Shown here piece by piece: positions 60,712 to 64,000 of a DNA stretch of 64,000 bases. The translations under genes and the position numbers were made by a program. The stretch comes from an uncultured virus (IMG/VR IMGVR_UViG_3300009441_000007) (taxonomy: Duplodnaviria; Heunggongvirae; Uroviricota; Caudoviricetes). Location of the stretch: the IMG/VR virus record IMGVR_UViG_3300009441_000007. One strand, given 5' to 3'. The notes below the pieces were generated by a model that saw only the letters and a program-made list of their open reading frames with translations, had not been told where the DNA came from and did no database searches. How positions within the stretch are numbered: the stretch's first letter is position 1; the number at the start of each line of letters is the position of its first letter.

Positions 60712-61220
60712 GCGAAGATTTGAATTTATTACCATTGAACCATCCAATGTTGAAAGTGCCACCTAACGAGTTTGATTTTGAAAATGAAGATGCTCACGAA
60801 TTTGCAGAATCTATTTGGAATAAACAGAATGATTTGGGTGGGGTAGGATTGTCCGCCAACCAAGTGGGCCGTAATGCCAAAGTGTTTACTATGGGTAATT
60901 CATACGGCTCGAAGAGAGTTTTATTTAACCCAGAGTTGGTGTCGTATAGTGAAGAACAAGAGACCATGATGGAGGGGTGTTTGTCTGCGCCTGGCATTCA
61001 ACTGATGGTAACCAGACCCACTAAATGTAGCATGAGTTATAAGAACGAGTCCGGTGAAATTGTCTTGGAGGAGTTTAATGGGATGTGGGCCAGAGTCGCC
61101 CTGCACGAGTACGACCACATGATAGGACAGAATTTTACTGGCCGAGTATCTAAGTTTAAATTGGAACGGGCTATAAAGAAAGCAAGAAAATACCATAAAA
61201 GACTAACATCGGCTATTTAA
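60708..61220 (+). CDS. def: Peptide deformylase
   Basis: GVGLSANQ, EGCLS, HEYDH motifs. Confidence 0.92.
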   Translation: MSEDLNLLPLNHPMLKVPPNEFDFENEDAHEFAESIWNKQNDLGGVGLSANQVGRNAKVFTMGNSYGSKRVLFNPELVSYSEEQETMMEGCLSAPGIQLMVTRPTKCSMSYKNESGEIVLEEFNGMWARVALHEYDHMIGQNFTGRVSKFKLERAIKKARKYHKRLTSAI

Positions 61221-61264
61221 ACGCATAAATAGGCGTACCAACTAACTAACCGAAAGAATATTCA

Positions 61265-61609
61265 ATGAACAATATACTGATAGCAATTCTAATAACAATG
61301 GTCATGGCTACAGTTGCAACAGCAGATGGCCATCCATACGTCAAGTGGGAAAACAAAATAAAGTTTAGTCAGTTCGACAACATTGACCTCAGTGATACCT
61401 CTAATAATATCAGATTAGGTTGGTCACTAGACAAGTGGTATGCGGAGATTGGTAAACAAAATGACGGTGAAGAAGTAACTGAATTTGGTGTCAAGTTTAA
61501 AAACATGGGCGGCATCAGTGGATTAACTCTTAAAACAAAAATAGAATCAGAACGTGATATCAATTGGAATCACGCAGTTGAAACATACATCCAGTACGAT
61601 TTCTGGTAA
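61265..61609 (+). CDS. Exported protein, possible small outer-membrane beta-barrel
   Basis: Signal peptide (..ATA-D), amphipathic beta strands, aromatic C-terminus YIQYDFW. Confidence 0.5.
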   Translation: MNNILIAILITMVMATVATADGHPYVKWENKIKFSQFDNIDLSDTSNNIRLGWSLDKWYAEIGKQNDGEEVTEFGVKFKNMGGISGLTLKTKIESERDINWNHAVETYIQYDFW

Positions 61610-61624
61610 AAACATAAATAATAA

Positions 61625-62101
61625 ATGGAAAAGAATATGACAAAGCAAGAACGAATTAAATTGATAACAATGACTATTTTAATAGCCACCGCTTCAATAT
61701 TTGCTAGCGCTGGATTTGCCGCAGAGAAACCACAAGTAATCTACGATTTCCCAATCACCCGCATCATTGACGGTGACACGGTTGCATTTGAAGCAAACTT
61801 TCTACCGGAACCACTGAAACAAGAACTAAGTATCCGTGTTTTCGGTGTAGACACTCCAGAGAAATCTTGGCGTGGTAGTTGCGATGCAGAGAAAGCATTG
61901 GGTGATGAAGCATCATCCTTCACCAAACTCTTCATTGCGTCTGGTACTGTGATACAAGTGAGTATTATGTCGTGGGACAAGTACGGTGGTCGAGTATTGG
62001 GTGACGTTATCGTTGATGGGGTCAGTTTACGATACGCATTACTAGAGAATGGATATGCGCGTGAATACTTTGGCGATAAGAAAGAATCATGGTGCGATTA
62101 G
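61625..62101 (+). CDS. Thermonuclease (SNase) family protein with signal peptide
   Basis: RIIDGDT, IR..GVDTPE, DKYGGR.LG, L..G.AR.Y.G. Confidence 0.88.
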   Translation: MEKNMTKQERIKLITMTILIATASIFASAGFAAEKPQVIYDFPITRIIDGDTVAFEANFLPEPLKQELSIRVFGVDTPEKSWRGSCDAEKALGDEASSFTKLFIASGTVIQVSIMSWDKYGGRVLGDVIVDGVSLRYALLENGYAREYFGDKKESWCD

Positions 62102-62186
62102 ACTAAACGATGTTTATATCAAAAATAGCGAGAAAAATAAACTCTGGCCAAAAACCGCCCAGAGGATTTTTTTAAGAGGAGACACG

Positions 62187-62588
62187 ATGAAGACGTTTAT
62201 TATAGGTGTATTGTGTACAATCTCACTTAGCGTCTCGGCAATGCCTATTCCAGAAAAACCAGAACTGGTATTTGCGAAGTCATCGGGGGTGTACAACACT
62301 CCGCTTCGGCTCAAACATTATGATGATATTCGTAAGGCTAAGATGTATTGGTATGCTATCAATGCTCTAGATGTGTACACTACCTATAATGGACTGAGAC
62401 AAAATGGAAATTTGTATGAAGCCAATCCAATTCTACCCAAAAGACCTAGTGTATCACAGTTGGCTGTACACAAGATAGTACTAATAACAGTATTCAATCG
62501 TTATTTAGATTTTACGCAAAGGGATTACCGCAAATTGAATACAATTCTTACTGGTGTTGTCATTAATAATTATTCACTTTATAACTAG
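62187..62588 (+). CDS. Hypothetical exported/membrane protein
   Basis: GAGGAG SD before MKTFIIG signal peptide; D.YTT..GL.....E.NP motif. Confidence 0.6.
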   Translation: MKTFIIGVLCTISLSVSAMPIPEKPELVFAKSSGVYNTPLRLKHYDDIRKAKMYWYAINALDVYTTYNGLRQNGNLYEANPILPKRPSVSQLAVHKIVLITVFNRYLDFTQRDYRKLNTILTGVVINNYSLYN

Positions 62589-62596
62589 AGAAACAT

Positions 62597-62968
62597 ATGG
62601 CTTATTCAGATAAAGTATTAGATCATTACGAGAACCCGCGTAACGTGGGCAAGTGGGATCCTGCCGATAATATAGGTACAGGTATGGTCGGCGCTCCTGC
62701 TTGTGGTGATGTTATGCGACTACAGATTAAGGTAGATGATGGTATTATCAGTGACGCATGTTTTAAAACATATGGATGCGGTAGTGCTATTGCGAGTAGT
62801 AGTTTAGTGACTGAGATGATCAAAGGTATGACATTGGATGGCGCAAACGCGATACGGAATACCCAACTGGCAGAAGAACTTGCATTGCCCCCAGTGAAGA
62901 TACATTGTTCTGTGTTGGCTGAAGATGCAATTAAGGCAGCAATCTCAGACTACAGGTCTAAAATATGA
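62597..62968 (+). CDS. iscU: Fe-S cluster scaffold IscU
   Basis: MAYSDKVLDHYENPRNVG, GAPACGDVM.LQI, GCGSAIASSS, LPPVKIHCSVLAEDAI. Confidence 0.95.
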   Translation: MAYSDKVLDHYENPRNVGKWDPADNIGTGMVGAPACGDVMRLQIKVDDGIISDACFKTYGCGSAIASSSLVTEMIKGMTLDGANAIRNTQLAEELALPPVKIHCSVLAEDAIKAAISDYRSKI

Positions 62969-63285
62969 TAACGCTAAATGCGGATGCAAAAGAATACTGG
63001 CAGAAACTCTTAGAGAATGACCCCAGTTCAAAGTATGTCCGATTGGGAATTAAGGGTAGCGGTTGTGCTGGGTTTTCATACACATGGGATTACACCAGTA
63101 CTTTTGATGACGGAGTTTTGGTGGATGATATCCTAGTGGTAGAAGACTATGCGTCTGGATTCCTAAAGGGAAGTGAAGTAAAATTGAAAGTAGAACTTAT
63201 GGGTACGACTATAGAAGTATCCAACCCCAACGAATTGAGCTCATGCGGTTGTGGTGAAAGCATACAATTCACAGAAGCAACGTAG
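62965..63285 (+). CDS. iscA: A-type Fe-S carrier (IscA/SufA/HesB)
   Basis: RLG.KGSGCAGF.Y, NPN...SCGCGES. Confidence 0.85.
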   Translation: MITLNADAKEYWQKLLENDPSSKYVRLGIKGSGCAGFSYTWDYTSTFDDGVLVDDILVVEDYASGFLKGSEVKLKVELMGTTIEVSNPNELSSCGCGESIQFTEAT

Positions 63286-63293
63286 GAGATACC

Positions 63294-63665
63294 ATGGCAG
63301 ACGATTTCGATTTTGGGTTTACCGCTGTAGATGAGATACCAAAGGGTGAGACAGACACCCAACCAGTTCAGGCGGAAATACCAGCAGACCAATTAGATAA
63401 GATAATGGATAAACTAGAAGTGCTGGAGTCTAGGATTCTTTCCTCTGACAATTCTGGTATGATAAATGAACACAGGGCGTTGTTGGAGACTGATGTCGCT
63501 ACTAAGTTGCGGGATGCCGAAGACTTAATATTGCCCCTCTTAAAGAATCTGAAACGGAACCCAGACAAAGATTACATTCACTGGCCGAATCGAGATGTCA
63601 TTATTGACAAACAAATAGAACGGATTACGGCCGTAACAAGGTACTTTGAACGAATAGGTAGCTGA
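63294..63665 (+). CDS. Conserved T4-like hypothetical protein
   Basis: DFDFGFTAVDE ... I.PLL.NL..NP.K.YI.WPNR motif. Confidence 0.75.
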   Translation: MADDFDFGFTAVDEIPKGETDTQPVQAEIPADQLDKIMDKLEVLESRILSSDNSGMINEHRALLETDVATKLRDAEDLILPLLKNLKRNPDKDYIHWPNRDVIIDKQIERITAVTRYFERIGS

Positions 63666-63666
63666 T

Positions 63667-63825
63667 ATGACGGATTTAACTAAACCAAGTCAAGAAGAGA
63701 TCATCACCCACCAAGCGGAAATACTGCGATTTCAGGAAAAACAGGTCAAAGATCAACAGAAAATGCTCGAAGATCAACGAATTCGCATAGAAAATCTCAT
63801 TTCTGGGCCAGATTCACCCAAATAA
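63667..63825 (+). CDS. Small coiled-coil hypothetical protein (52 aa)
   Basis: Manual translation MTDLTKPSQEEIITHQAEILRFQEKQVKDQQKMLEDQRIRIENLISGPDSPK. Confidence 0.5.
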   Translation: MTDLTKPSQEEIITHQAEILRFQEKQVKDQQKMLEDQRIRIENLISGPDSPK

Positions 63826-63882
63826 ATTCAATCTTTTTTCGCTTTCCCTTATAAATCAAGGGCTTACTGCGGCGGATAGTTC

Positions 63883-63911
63883 TTGACTTCTGCCCCATAG
63901 TATGTCATGAT
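63883..63911 (+). promoter_or_regulatory. Probable sigma70-type early/middle promoter
   Basis: TTGACT-17 nt-CATGAT with TG extended -10; CTTGACTTCTG motif. Confidence 0.55.
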
Positions 63912-63939
63912 CACTATGTAATCGAGATGAGAGAAGACT

Positions 63940-64000
63940 ATGGATATTAAAGACAAATCGCTGCTTGCAAAGTTACTTGCTACTGAAGATGTTTCTATTG
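63940..64000 (+). CDS. Partial: N-terminus of the CobT-like/peptidase-VWA protein of T4-like phages
   Basis: MDIKDKSLLAKLLATEDVSI matches the recalled K..LAKLLATE N-terminal signature. Confidence 0.6.
   Translation, partial: MDIKDKSLLAKLLATEDVSI

Noticed and set aside
1..64000. Stop-codon reassignment, tRNA genes, CRISPR arrays
   Set aside because: Core genes are intact in the standard code and use TAA, TAG and TGA; intergenic gaps are short with no cloverleaf or repeat-spacer pattern seen

Overview
A 64-kb fragment of a large T4-like myovirus genome, probably from a marine phage of a proteobacterial (likely gammaproteobacterial) host. It holds most of the virion morphogenesis module: hub/tape-measure region, gp2/gp4, gp48-53-27-5-25-6-7-8 baseplate, a 2370-aa VrlC/DUF4815-like protein, fibre-like genes, gp13-gp23 and gp3. 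Then come uvsY, uvsW, gp55, gp47/gp46 and auxiliary genes (erpA, iscU, iscA, peptide deformylase, thermonuclease). T4 late promoters (TATAAATA) precede most structural operons, and sigma70-type promoters lie around gp55. Main observations: (1) a candidate -1 programmed frameshift (U UUU UUC) fusing gp26 to a start-less gp51-like ORF just upstream of the putative tape-measure gene, a lambda G/GT-like layout; (2) a ~7.5-kb island of five glycosyltransferase-like genes plus methyltransferase-like, 2OG/cupin-like and SPASM-like domains inside the structural module, next to a virion-type protein with Tyr-x-Gly repeats (candidate virion glycosylation system); (3) a DenV / DUF4338 / glutaredoxin / cytidylyltransferase / beta-glucosyltransferase-like cluster, together with a window-wide sequence bias (GATC and GGWCC avoided, CCNGG seen only in a GCC context), suggesting context-specific DNA modification. 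All calls come from motif recognition and synteny; no database searches were run.
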